A stretch of DNA of 64,000 bases from Octopus vulgaris (Eukaryota), in the NCBI GenBank assembly GCA_951406725.2, contig OX597820.1:95480001-95544000 (forward strand). Direction: 5' to 3'. Both the position numbers and the translations under genes were made by a program. How positions within the stretch are numbered: the first letter of the stretch is position 1; each line of letters begins with the position of its first letter. The notes beneath the pieces are model-generated. The model was given only the letters and a program-made list of their open reading frames with translations, was not told where the DNA came from and ran no database searches. Below, one piece after another: positions 40,392-55,625 of the stretch.

Positions 40392-41030
40392 ATGTATACA
40401 TGCGCACGCACACGCACGAACACACACACACACACACTTCCCTCTATCTATCTAAAGTGATAAGTGGTACGTTTCAATCTATTCTTTCTTTTATATTGGT
40501 TTCATTAACTGAATATAATTCACACATGTTTGCTCACACATGCTTCCTCAAACATCTCAGGCGTTGTTGAAATTGCAGAAACCTTTCGCTTTCGTTCTTT
40601 CACTAGCTCCTCTTTTTTTTCTCTCTCACTCTTTCTCTTCTGTCTTCTTGTGCTGTCAGCATACCACTTCTTCCTACTTTCACTTTAGATTTCCAGATTT
40701 CTTTTCCTAGTACGGCCAGCATGCACCCCAGCTTCTAGTGCCATACTTCTAATTTTCTCAAGGACATATTTTTCGAACACCTAACTTTATTTTCTCTTTT
40801 CCTTTCAAGCGATGCACTTGTACCCCGCTCTTTTGCGTTGTTTTAATATATAGGCTAAACCCCATATTTTTCGGGTTCCTTTGATTTTCACTGCACAAAA
40901 CAACTGTTTATTTTTCACTTCTTTTATATTTATCTCATGTGCATCAATCTCTAACAACCATATTTGATATGAGTTGGCGTTGTGGTGGCTTTCAGTAATG
41001 TCAAAATATGTCAAAATCAAAGAAAATCCA

Positions 41031-41159
41031 TAGCTCAGCAGCTGATGATGGGCCTATTTTGGTCTTTTCCTTCTATTTTACTCTTCTTTGTAATATATGT
41101 CCTATTTATTTGCTCACTTCTTTCTCTCCATTCTTCACGGCCGAAACAGCTGTCAGCTA
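41031..41159 (+). ncRNA. Type I hammerhead-like motif with very long loop 2, in probable Penelope-type 3' UTR
   Basis: CTGATGA (41042)-tg-GGCC...~85 nt...GGCC-GAAAC-agct-GTC-AGCTA; TAGCT at 41031 can pair with AGCTA. Confidence 0.55.
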
Positions 41160-42045
41160 CAATGTAAATGTATTTCTATTTCTATTTCTATGTCTTGTTA
41201 TATTTGTACTATATTAATGTATAATATCATTGCTATTGTGTAATGGTTTAATAAAGTATTGATTGGGTATTATCTGATGGTTGATGATTGATTTAGATAT
41301 ATTTCTCCATTTTCTCATTTTGTATTATTAATTTACGGTAAAAATAATTTTACCTTTGCCCACATAATACAGTAGATGAATTAATTGCATCGCAATTTTT
41401 AACATTTATGTATTAGCTTTGTTGGGTACTTCTCTAGCAGTATATTGGATATATGTTATCCCATGGAGGGTTGAATTTACAACCCCTGTCTCATTTATAT
41501 ATATATATATATATAACGTACACATATATCTAGTAGTAATGGAGAAAGACAACCAAGAGATTTGCATTTGTTTGTACTAAAGTAAAGATTTCTGAGTCCG
41601 AAAAACTTATAGGATTCATAATGATGTATTCGTCTATTATATAGTTACGAGTGGGCATTTCTTTCATATATTGTAATTTGTGTATAATTAGTGAATTTTT
41701 TCACACCTGATGTTATCGTTGCATTGAATTTGTGCTAAAATACTTCTGTGGTTTCGTTTACAAGTCTACTAAATAGCTGTTGTTAATTACTGTGTTTTAT
41801 TTATTATTCAGTAGATTTCTTCATTTTGTAGTTCAAAATACAGAAGTATCTACATGACTGCCTCTCTGACAGTTTGTAGGTGTGTAAAGATTCACTATTT
41901 ACATGTAGTTGCGCACATATTATTACATATTATTACATATTTCTCTCTCTCTCTCTCTCTCACTCGCTCTCTACCCCTCTCTCTGTCTATACATTTAAAT
42001 ATATGCATATATACATATATATAAATATACATATAAAAAAATAAT

Positions 42046-42298
42046 AAATGCACCCTTTTAAAGCCCTAGCCAGGCTCATGAGCCCAGTTTCCCGGTTTCT
42101 ATGGCGTATGTGTTCCCCAGCTGGACGGGACGCCAGTCCATCGCAGCGTTACTCAGTTTTTGCCAGCTGAGTGGACTGGAGCAACGTGAAATGAAGTGTT
42201 TTGCTTAAGAACACACCGCGTCGCCCGGTCCAGGAATCGAAGCCACAATCTTACGATCATGGTGCTGATACCCTAACCACTAAGCCACACGCCTCCAC
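42046..42298 (-). mobile_element. tRNA-derived SINE (family C)
   Basis: gtggaggcgtgtggcttagtggttaggg...ttcgattcctggaccgggcg...ctccagtccactcagctggcaaaaa...gatggactggcgtcccgtccag. Confidence 0.88.
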
Positions 42299-43408
<1,110 letters not shown>

Positions 43409-44178
43409 AACAACATCAGAGACTTGGGAGTAATTGTGGACAACAACGTAAGCTGGGCCACTCATATAAACACCAAAGTTGACATGGCCCGCAGAATGTG
43501 TTCCTGGATTCTCAGAACTTTCCAGTCGAGAGATATCCACACCATTATCCTTCTCTTCTCCACTTTTGCCCGACCCCACCTTGAATACTGTTGTCCACTG
43601 TGGTCTCCCCACACAATACAAGGTATCAAAAAGTCGAAGCACCTCAAAGGGCAATCACAAAAAAGATAGATGGCATGACAGGCCTCGACTATTGGGGTCG
43701 ACTAGAAAAGCTAAAACTCTATTCTCTCCAACGTCGTCGTGAGCGCTACATCATCTGCATGATGTGGAAAATATTCCATCAGCATTGCCCAAATGATGTT
43801 GGCATCACCTTTAAAGGTACATCCAAGGCTTGGGCCCCGTGCCATCCGCCCAAAACAAAAATCGCACTCTCATCTCATAACAACAATACGGCACAATTAT
43901 TTCACCTCAATTGGCCCCGCTCTCTTTAACATTACACCAAAACACATTAAAACAGAAACTGACCCTATAGGGTTCAAGAAGTCTTTGGACAGATTCCTTC
44001 AAGAAATCCCGGATAAACCCCCTACACCCGGATATGTCTCTGTAAACAATAACTCCTACTTGAGTGGGCCATAGTGCCCAAATTCTGACTTGAAAGACTT
44101 CACCAGGTGGTGCTATTAAGTTAGACATGGCCTGGGCCAATAATGGCCGAAACCTATCAAAGTATCAAAGTATCAAAG
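43409..44178 (+). mobile_element. 5'-truncated CR1-group LINE with (TATCAAAG)3 tail
   Basis: [11 protein letters not shown]...[13 protein letters not shown]...LYSLQRRRER; near-identical inverted to the copy at 44451 onward. Confidence 0.92.
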
Positions 44179-45973
<1,795 letters not shown>

Positions 45974-46073
45974 NNNNNNNNNNNNNNNNNNNNNNNNNNN
46001 NNNNNNNNNNNNNNNNNNNNNNNNNNNNNNNNNNNNNNNNNNNNNNNNNNNNNNNNNNNNNNNNNNNNNNNNN
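45974..46073. other. Assembly gap (100 N)
   Basis: Run of N. Confidence 0.99.
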
Positions 46074-46362
46074 TAAGTTCGTGGATGATTAATGGGTTGG
46101 ATGGGTGCTGGTGAAGGAGCAAATACTCCTGAAATATGTCCTATACGCCTACTACCCATTTTATTTTATCATCGTGTCGTTCACACCAGACATCTTGGAT
46201 ACGAAACGTCGTAACAAAATCAGTGCTAGCTATACTATAGAAAATATGTAGAGATAACATAAGCAAGTAATGTAATAGTTCTGCTAACACAGTACACTAC
46301 GGTACTGACTTATTAAAGCGTTTAATATACTTTGCAGTATATTATGGTTGCATAACGAAATA

Positions 46363-46808
46363 GGCTACTTCGGGCTGCCGCTTTCTCTATTGCGACGTAG
46401 GGCTGCGAGTCGTCGACAATGTTGAAGGCAGACGAGAAAATAGTGAGCGCTTTTGAAATGTGGTGTTACCGCAGAATCCTTAAAGTGCCGTGGACAGAGA
46501 GAAGGATGAACAACTGGTACTAGAAAAGCTCGGTTGCGAGATAACGCTTCGGCAAAACATAACGAAGCGGAAGCTACGGTTCTTTGGCCACGTCATGCGC
46601 CGGGATGGACTTGACCGAACGATCATAACTGGCAAGGTGAACGGCAGACGTAAAAGAGGCAGACCACCCACTTCTTGGCTGAAAGACATTGCAGCCACAG
46701 GATTGTCTGTATTCTCAGCTGTCCATGGGGTGGAGGACAGGTGAAGGTGGCAAGACATCATTATGACCACAGCATCGCATAGTGCGACACCTGACTAGGA
46801 TGATGATA
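46363..46808 (+). mobile_element. 5'-truncated RTE-clade LINE with (GAT)n tail and 9-bp TSD
   Basis: AFEMWCYRRILKVPWT, RKLRFFGHVMRR, GRRKRGRPPTSW; AACGAAATA at 46354-46362 and 46809-46817. Confidence 0.9.
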
Positions 46809-48281
46809 AACGAAATACAGTGTCCCTACGTCATAAATATTCAAGTTATCTGTATACTATAATGTACTGTGTTGTGTAGTGCATCATAGTACATCTATAA
46901 ATGCTCTAAACGTATTGAAATTATAAATGTTCAAGAAACGTAACTTCATTTATCATCAAAAGTTAGAATCACGAACACATATATACGTGAATCTTACCAA
47001 AATTGGCAGTACTGGGTCGTTGATAATAATAACTGATGTTTTAGAGTGGCCAGAGGTTATTCGTGTTCTTGACAGGAAGTGTTCTACAGTGAAACAGGCT
47101 TTGTATGGCACATATTTCTTCAAATGTTACAGTAAAGTATTTGATATCTTTTAATGTTCACGTTCTTGTATCGAAAAATAATTTTAAACTGTGCAGGGAA
47201 GTAATAACCATAGAAGTATAGTCACAAGAGGTTTCAGTATAGGAGACGCCTGTCAATTACTTATTCTTTAATGCTTGGTTTATATAGCAGTTAAAAATGT
47301 AAGCTCACAATTACATACACACACACACACATCTGTATACATATATGCACACCTAGTATGTGACATATTCACGAATATCGCTCTTATTTCATGTCACCTA
47401 CACAGTCATACATACTTACTCACAAACACACATACATACGTACACACATGCGTATGCATATATATATGTCTGTGTGTGTGTGTATATAATAAATGCGAAA
47501 ACTAACTTTTGTGTGTCAGTGTGTCACACTTAGACTCCTTCTCTCACTATTCAATGACTCTCTTACTATTCCACATGATGAGGTGAGAATAATAGTAGGT
47601 GAGGGAGTAAAAATAAGAGAGAAAGAAAGAGTGGGTATGTGAGAGAAAAGAGGGACTGAACACTGCAGCAACATGCTAACATACTGAACGAACACACACA
47701 CATTTAACCTTTTTGTAATGGTAATGGGGTGATAGTAATAGTATGAGCTGTAGTTGTGATAGAGGCGGAAGCGGTGGGGATGATGGTGGCGGTGGTGGTC
47801 AGGGATGACGTTGAGAGTAAGCGATTTGAAAGGCAGTGGTGATGGGGAAAGGAGGCAAAGTTAAAAGTTTTGATGGTGGTGGCGTCAGAAGTCTGAATGG
47901 TGTGTTTATAGCAGTTGTGGTGACGATGGTGATGGTACTGGTGATGGTGACGGTTGAAAACAACCAAGATAAATAGAGAGAGAAAGAAAGAGGTTAGACA
48001 GAAAAAAAAATTGTACTGACCCCCGAATGGGAAGACAAAAAATGTTTATCATGCAGCTTTGCAATCAGTTCCAAGCCGACAAATGATATCATTGTTTCGA
48101 TGAAAATTGTTCATTGCTTGGAATATATTGATCAAGTTTAATAAACTTTAAGATGTACCCAATGCATGAAGTATCATTGTTGTGCCCAAGACCTAATGAA
48201 GAGCTCTCCACAGGAGCTAGCTCAACAGCCGCCCTAACGAGCAGCTTTTAAGCTACTGCATATATGTAATTATGAATGCAC

Positions 48282-48370
<89 letters not shown>

Positions 48371-48372
48371 CA

Positions 48373-48435
<63 letters not shown>

Positions 48436-48439
<4 letters not shown>

Positions 48440-48600
48440 GAAATTTATAGAAAAACAAAAGACGAAGACAGGTATATTAGTTTGATACTCGGGAAAATGA
48501 AAAAGTCTTTTACGTTTCGAGCCTACGCCCTTCAATAGAAAGGAATAAGAGAAAATAAACAGAAGGAGAATGAAAAAAAACTTATGTATTTAGCGTTCAA
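48436..48600 (-). mobile_element. Penelope-type pseudo-LTR fragment with hammerhead-like motif (48507-48542)
   Basis: CTTT-CTATTGA-a-GGGC-gtag-GCTC-GAAAC-GTA-AAAG; same family as 51590-51900. Confidence 0.5.
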
Positions 48601-48601
48601 G

Positions 48602-48647
<46 letters not shown>

Positions 48648-49588
48648 CTTACACATGCATATATGAATAAATATATACTCATATATGTACATATACACAA
48701 ACGGGCATATACTTAATATACTCAATATATGTAGTTAGAGATAGATTGATACTGATATAGAGAGAAAGATACATGTTGACGCTACCATTGTCCTTTTTAA
48801 AATTTTTGTCAGAGAAGAGAGAATTCTCCATATGTTGTCGCTATAATAAACTGCAGAATCAGCAAAGCAAGAGTATTGCATTAGTATAAATGCATTGGTG
48901 TGCAAGAAGTGAATGTATCGTTAAAAGTTGTATAACTTATTTCAAAATTATGTTTAAATAGAAAATTTCAACTAGTTTTTCTTTGTTTGCTTCTATTCAT
49001 CCAAGCATTAAGTAAAACAGTGGAAGAGGAATTTTATAAAGATAGAAGCTGAAACTACGAAGGCTTCACTGTTAGTGATTTCATTATATTCATGCAAATG
49101 TAAAACTTACGCAGTTGCTAAACCCAATAAAACACTTGTTAGATCTCTCTCAAATAGCATACTGTAGTGTAGATAAAGTGAAGTTTTGCATAGCACACTG
49201 TAGACAGACACAGTAGACTTTTGGATATACAAAAAATGATGGGAAAGTATTTGAGCATAGGTCTAGGCCAGCTTAATTAAGGAAGTACTGGGGCGAAATA
49301 AGTATGTAGTATCAGCTGATATGAATGAAAAAGCATGTTTCGAATTTTCAGTTTAGGAAATAATATAAGCAAAAATGCTAGTTCTGAAATCTCTCTAAGA
49401 AATAAACGCAGTAGTTGTACTAACAAGTAAAGTTCGTAGCCTCTTCAACATGGATGTCCGTTCGAACGGATATTCATGCGATTTTTTAACCCCAAAAAGA
49501 CATCTCCTCTAGCTGGTTAGCGATGCATAGCTGCATCCGAGATATTGCGAGCAGGTGAATAAATCCTTACTCCCTTCTAGCAATGAGA

Positions 49589-49638
49589 CCAGCAGACCAG
49601 CCTGGTTTCGGGCTATCTCTGCCTCTTTTCAGTACTGG
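49589..49638 (-). ncRNA. Type I hammerhead ribozyme (G8A variant in this copy)
   Basis: CCAGTA-CTGAAAA-gaGGCagagataGCCc-GAAAC-CAG-g-CTG-GTC-TGCTGG; GUC triplet, predicted cut between 49595 and 49594. Confidence 0.75.
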
Positions 49639-50151
49639 ACACCTCGTCCGCTAGAGATGGCAGTAGTTCACTTCTGCTCGCAACATCTATATAATTTCAA
49701 GCGATATTCAGTCGCTAATTTTGCAACAAGTAAAAATGCTAGTTCTAAAATCTCTTAAAGGGATCAACGTAGTAGTTGTACTAACAAGTAATGTTCGTAG
49801 CCACTTTAACATGACTGTCCGTTCGAACGGACGTTACTGCGATCTTTTAATCCCTAAGAGGACAAACCCCTTTAACTGGTTAACAATGCACAGCTGCATC
49901 CGAGATATTGCGAGCGGGGAAGCGAACCCCTACCATCTTCTAGCGACGAGATTGCAGTAAAGTCCGCTCGAACGGATAGCCACGTTGAAGTGACAACGAA
50001 CACTACTTGTTAGTACAACTACTGCGTTGATCTTTTAGAGAGATCTCAGAACTAGCATTTTTGCTTGCCTCAAAATCAACGACTGTATCGCTTGAAATTA
50101 TATATATTGCGAGCAGAGGCGAGCTACTGCCATCTCTAGCAGACGAGGTGT

Positions 50152-50201
50152 CCAGTACTGAAGAGAGGCAGAAATAATCCCAAACCAGGCTGAGCTGTTG
50201 G
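50152..50201 (+). ncRNA. Type I hammerhead, second decayed copy
   Basis: CCAGTA-CTGAAGA-gaggcagaaataatcc-CAAAC-caggctg-AGC-TGTTGG; its defects complement those of the 49589 copy. Confidence 0.65.
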
Positions 50202-50899
50202 TCCCTTCGCTAGAAGGTGGTAGGGATTCGCTTCGCTGCTCGCAGTATTTCGGATGTAGCTGTGCAACGTTAACCAGCTAGAGGAGATGTCCTCTTGGGG
50301 TTAAAAATTCGCAGTAAACGCTAATATTTGTTTTTTCATTATTTTCTATATAGGCAATCAGTATTTGAAAAAATTCTAAAGTAAACAGTAGTCGATAGAC
50401 GGCAGCAGAGCTAGTACTATGTTAGAAGAGGTGTCTCATCTATACAACCATACTGAACAACTTATTTTTGATGAAGAAAATGCTAAGGCTTCTTGTTAGC
50501 GTGCTTTCCAATTAATCAAAATTGACATCAGTGTGTAAGCCAAGCACACAAAGCAAAATGGACGAGATTTTCTGTAGCGAAGTGAAGCCATATTGAAATT
50601 TGGCCAAGTGGCAAAATTTACTGGCATGTTGAATAGTAAATTAATTATTTGAGAGTATGAAAAAAATGTAGTGATGGCGCCCGTCTTATTTTTATTTGCT
50701 TTTTTTTTGTTCTGTATATCTTGAATGGTATAAATAATTTTGTATCTTTTAATTCTTCTTGTCAGTTCAACATTATTTATTGGTTCAAAGTGTCATTAGT
50801 TTCACAATGTTCCTTACTATGAGTTGTCTATCGTCGTATGAAAGATAGAAATCATGGAATAATTTCGGTGTCTTAAAACACACAGACACACGCACGCAC

Positions 50900-50969
<70 letters not shown>

Positions 50970-51074
50970 CGATATTAACTTTTCACTCTATTACAATTAA
51001 TTTTAACACTAACGATTGTATATATAAATATATATTTTAACAATAACGTATTTAGAAGTTGACGATTCTAACTA

Positions 51075-51230
51075 TTAAGGGAAGAGTAAGTAAATATCAA
51101 CAATCTCATTACTTGACAAATACTTTATCTTATCGACCCTGGAGGAATGAAAGGTAAAGTTGACCTCGGCGGTATTTGAATTCAGAATGCAAAGCATCGT
51201 AAGAAATATCACAAAACATCTTTCAGACAC
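51075..51230 (-). mobile_element. Diverged family A SINE
   Basis: tatcgaccctggaggaatgaaaggtaaagttgacctcggcggtatttgaattcagaa. Confidence 0.7.
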
Positions 51231-51589
51231 TTCACCAATTCTTATGATATTCAGAAAAATATAGAACCCAATAACTTTGTTATATTTTTAACACCATCTC
51301 AAATTGGTCGTAATACGCAAATTGCGTTCGATTGCCCGCTGAATGCTATTTTATTGTTAATGCGCCCTGGAGTGGATAAAGACTAATTCCTTCTCAGTAT
51401 ACCAAATTTGATAAAATATATATTGCCTACCATTCTTTCAGAAAAAAATCGAATAGGTAGTAGAGTAAAATATCATAGAGTAAAAAATAACTACAAAAAA
51501 TTTATTTTATTACATTACTGTACGTTGGAGAGGCGTAAAAAGAATTTTCTGAGAGGTAAAAACTGAAAAAAAAGAGTAATTTCTCCATC

Positions 51590-51900
51590 AACGTGAGTTC
51601 AGTTTATTGATACTGCTAAAACAAGGTCATGGGCACCAAACCACTTCCTCCTATAACTATATTAGATCTTCCTCCTCTAGATTCAACCTTTTTTAAAAAT
51701 TATTATCTCCCTTGCTTTCAACCTCTTTTCCCCAATCCCCCGCCATGCTGGACCGCTGAAATCTACAAGTTTTTCTCTCTCCCCGTTTATTATCTCTTAT
51801 TCCGTTCTGTTGAAGAGCGTAGGCTCGAAACTTTTCCATTTTTCCCGAGCGTCAAACCAATACACTTGCTTGCTGTTCATACATCTATAAATTTTAACTC
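51590..51900 (+). mobile_element. Penelope-type pseudo-LTR fragment with partial hammerhead-like motif (51807-51831)
   Basis: CTGTTGA-a-GAGC-gtag-GCTC-GAAAC then a deletion; flanks match 48436-48600 in reverse. Confidence 0.5.
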
Positions 51901-51904
51901 TATG

Positions 51905-52040
<136 letters not shown>

Positions 52041-52053
52041 CGTGTGTGTACAC

Positions 52054-52990
52054 ACGAGGGTTGTTCATTAAAGATTTCTCCTGATCGACTTCTAGATATT
52101 ACAGGAAACGGAACTTGTACAGGTATAATTATACATGCCTCTACGTGTCACATTGTAAATTGCAGCTTTCCACTAGCATTCGTTACTCTTTTACCGAAGT
52201 GGACTTAGGTGTTGTAATGGAGGCAACTGAATGCAGATTAGTTATCAGGTTCTTATACTTGAAAAGACGTACACCAAAAGAGATTTTCGACGAGAGGAAA
52301 AAATTCATAGTGATTATGCACCATCATGCGACGAAGTCAAGCACAGGCATCGCCAGTTCAAACTGCTCCTACATTCCGCCATTGATGACCACATTTCGCT
52401 GTTGATGACGACACCATCCTTTGAGTGGGAGCCGCCAATTTTGGAGGATCACCGCATAACTATTCAGCAACAACCCCAAGAAGTGAAGATAAGTGTAGAG
52501 TATGTGGAAAAACTTATTTGCACAAGCGGAAGTTGTCCGTACGATGGATTACCTGGATGTTCACATCTTTTCAGAAGCAGGAACGAATCAATTGCACCCA
52601 GGCTCTTGGTAATGTGCCAAGAAAACAAGGAGGACTATTTCGCCAGACTTATCACACAGAATGAAACATGGGCCCATCACTATGATCCCGAGACAAGAGT
52701 CCAGTCAAACAATGGAAGCGTAGTAGCTCACTACCTCCAAGGAAGGCTTGTGTCCAACCCTCAGCAGGTAATGCTCAGAATTTTGGGGCCAGCGTGGAGT
52801 AATGATGATGGATTTTGTGGCAAGGGACATCACATATATTTCTGTGCTGCAGAAATTGTGGGACGCCATCAAAGCAGAGACGCTTGGCATGCTGACCAAA
52901 GGAGTCCGCCTCCTCCAATACAACGTTCCAATTCACAATACGCATGTTGCCCAGATGAAAGCACACTCCTGCGGCTATGAAATTCTTGGA
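52054..52990 (+). pseudogene. Mariner element: 5' TIR and frameshifted transposase
   Basis: acgagggttgttca TIR start; RLVIRFLYLK, RKLSVRWI, LITQNETWAHHYDPETR, GVRLLQYNVPIH (decayed DET/DNA motifs). Confidence 0.88.
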
Positions 52991-53188
52991 AGAGAAGGGG
53001 CAAAAAAATAATAAGTAGAGAACAGATAAAGAGGGATATATTGGTTGAAAAAATGTTCAAAGGCTTGGAAGTAGATTTCTCTATTGAAGTAAAGTGTAAG
53101 GTGAACTAAATGTTCAAACTATAAAGACTGGTAAAACTCACTTATATGATCTAAAAGTATGTTTCTACCAGTGCTTACATTTGTAAGA

Positions 53189-53563
53189 TCACTCTATAAG
53201 TGTGTTAACAAGGTGATTCTTAGAGAAGAGAATATGGAAGAGTTCAGTGTTGCAAATGTTACAAAATCCTTTGCCCTTGTCATAAGGGAAAGATATGGAC
53301 AGCATGAACCAATCTAACTTAAAATTCTTATTGTTGTCTTTAAGATACCAAACCAATTTATTTAGCCCTGTGCTATGATGTTTACTGCTATCCCTAAATG
53401 AAGAATAATGATTGGAAATTCTCTTAGATAACCGGGAAGTGGATGTGCTAATGTAGAAGTAGACATCGGTACCGCAAGAAATTTTACATTGGTATATATA
53501 ATTCTTAATCTTACAATTATTAGACACAAATTTAATTCTGTTATGGTTGTCCTCAGAGACCAA
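53189..53563 (-). pseudogene. Penelope-like GIY-YIG endonuclease fragment
   Basis: CKIKNYIYQCKI...FYISTST...RISNHYSSFR...STGLNKLVWYLKD...DW...PYDKGKGFCNICNTE. Confidence 0.85.
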
Positions 53564-53848
53564 AATTATGTTATTCTTACTATTATTATTATTATGCCTT
53601 TGGAATAAACCAATGTTGTCTTCGAAACATATGTCAAAAGTAAAAGAATTTGAATAAAATCCGCGTTCAACTCCATTTATTTACTTATACTATACAAATT
53701 ACTGCACATTAACTCGAAGTTTCTACCTTTGAATAAGTCGCCACATCCTTGTTACTTGCGTGAATTTTGCTACCCTGGTAACTGTTTATTGAATTTTCCA
53801 TGTTAACGGTAAACCAAAGATAATTCATTCATCCATTTACATATAGAT

Positions 53849-53905
<57 letters not shown>

Positions 53906-53912
53906 CATACAT

Positions 53913-53943
<31 letters not shown>

Positions 53944-54002
53944 CATATACATGTATATACATATATATATATATACATATACATATATACATATATATAT
54001 AC

Positions 54003-54046
<44 letters not shown>

Positions 54047-55104
54047 ATACACACATACACATTCTAACATAGCCTTTACACACACGAACGCACGCACACT
54101 TGTGCGCGCACATACACACATATCTATATTTTCATGCTATATGATTTATGTATTAAACGCTGAAAGGCAATGAGATAAACAATATAAAATAAAACCGAGG
54201 AAAGCTTACGAAACCATCAGATAAGGCAATTATTTACTGCAAGACTTGAAGTGGTTAGTTCGTTGATAAAAAAAAAATACTGGATTACTACAGGGCATAA
54301 CTCAATTTGATTGTGTTCTATTTGCTTGTAAATACATAAATATCGTCGCTTGATCTGATAACTTTGGCAAAAGTAATAATGTTAGGCTTGTGCACTGACT
54401 TCTCCTTGCTATGTTGAAAATTGAGTTAAAATTGAGTTAAAATTTGAAACGACTGGGGTTGTTTAGTTATATCTTGAAATATGTTGCGTTCTTTAATTCA
54501 AATATTGATTGTGCGCTGCAAGAGCTTTCGATAAGACAAAAAAGTTGCGTAGGAGGGTTGTACGTGATCCTGTCTTGATTTCAAGTAGTAGTTACTCTTG
54601 TTTTCATAATATTTCTAAGTTTTATGCTTACGATTTATGCATGATATAAAGGAAAGGATGCTTGATGTAAATGTGTTTAGAGAAGAAGATTGTAGAACGT
54701 ATTTTATGTCAAGATCTTTTACCCACTAAATGGGATCTGCCATAAAAAGAAGCGTACTGTTTCGAAACCTTACCTACTTCACTGACAGTCGTAAAAAAAC
54801 TGTCAGTCGACTTTGAAAGAGTATGCACAGTAACGCCCGAATTAAAATTCGGATAAATGCTTCAGATATTACTCTATCGGATGCATGAATGGTGCAGAGT
54901 TGACATAGTATTGTTTCTCATTCCATGAATCTGAATAGAAAATCATAAAAGCTCTTAAGCGCAAGTTGGCAGTTTTTATGACGTACTTTGATAGAAGTAT
55001 CTGCAAGGTGGTTTAAAACCTCGTAGAAATAGCAGCCAAATTTTTCTTCAATTACATGCTACTGTAATAAACAAATGGAAGATATATTGGTCAATGTAGT
55101 CCTC

Positions 55105-55106
<2 letters not shown>

Positions 55107-55139
<33 letters not shown>

Positions 55140-55260
55140 GTATATATATATATATTTGTATATGTATATATATATGTATATATATATATATATATTTGTA
55201 TATGTATATATATATGTATATGTATATATATATTTGTATATGTATATATATATATATTTG

Positions 55261-55297
<37 letters not shown>

Positions 55298-55311
55298 ATA
55301 TATATATATTG

Positions 55312-55363
<52 letters not shown>

Positions 55364-55367
55364 GAGT

Positions 55368-55403
<36 letters not shown>

Positions 55404-55486
55404 GTATATATATATATACATATATATATGTATATATATGTATATATATATATATATGTATATATATGTATATATATATATATATT

Positions 55487-55576
<90 letters not shown>

Positions 55577-55625
55577 CATACATATATATATATACATACA
55601 CACACACACATATATATATATATAA
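55107..55625. repeat. (TA)n/(TATG)n compound microsatellite
   Basis: Directly visible; similar tracts at 36150-36320, 38225-38510, 53840-54060 and 58098-58283. Confidence 0.95.

Larger units (their letters stand above)
49367..50320. mobile_element. Candidate non-LTR retrozyme: 361-bp monomer x1.6 in tandem (minus sense) plus one inverted, circularly permuted monomer (plus sense)
   Basis: AAAAATGCTAGTTCT at 49371 and 49732 (period 361); 49952-50320 is the reverse complement and starts and ends at GCAGTAAA; one hammerhead per full monomer; TAATAT at 49361-49366 and 50322-50327. Confidence 0.8.
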
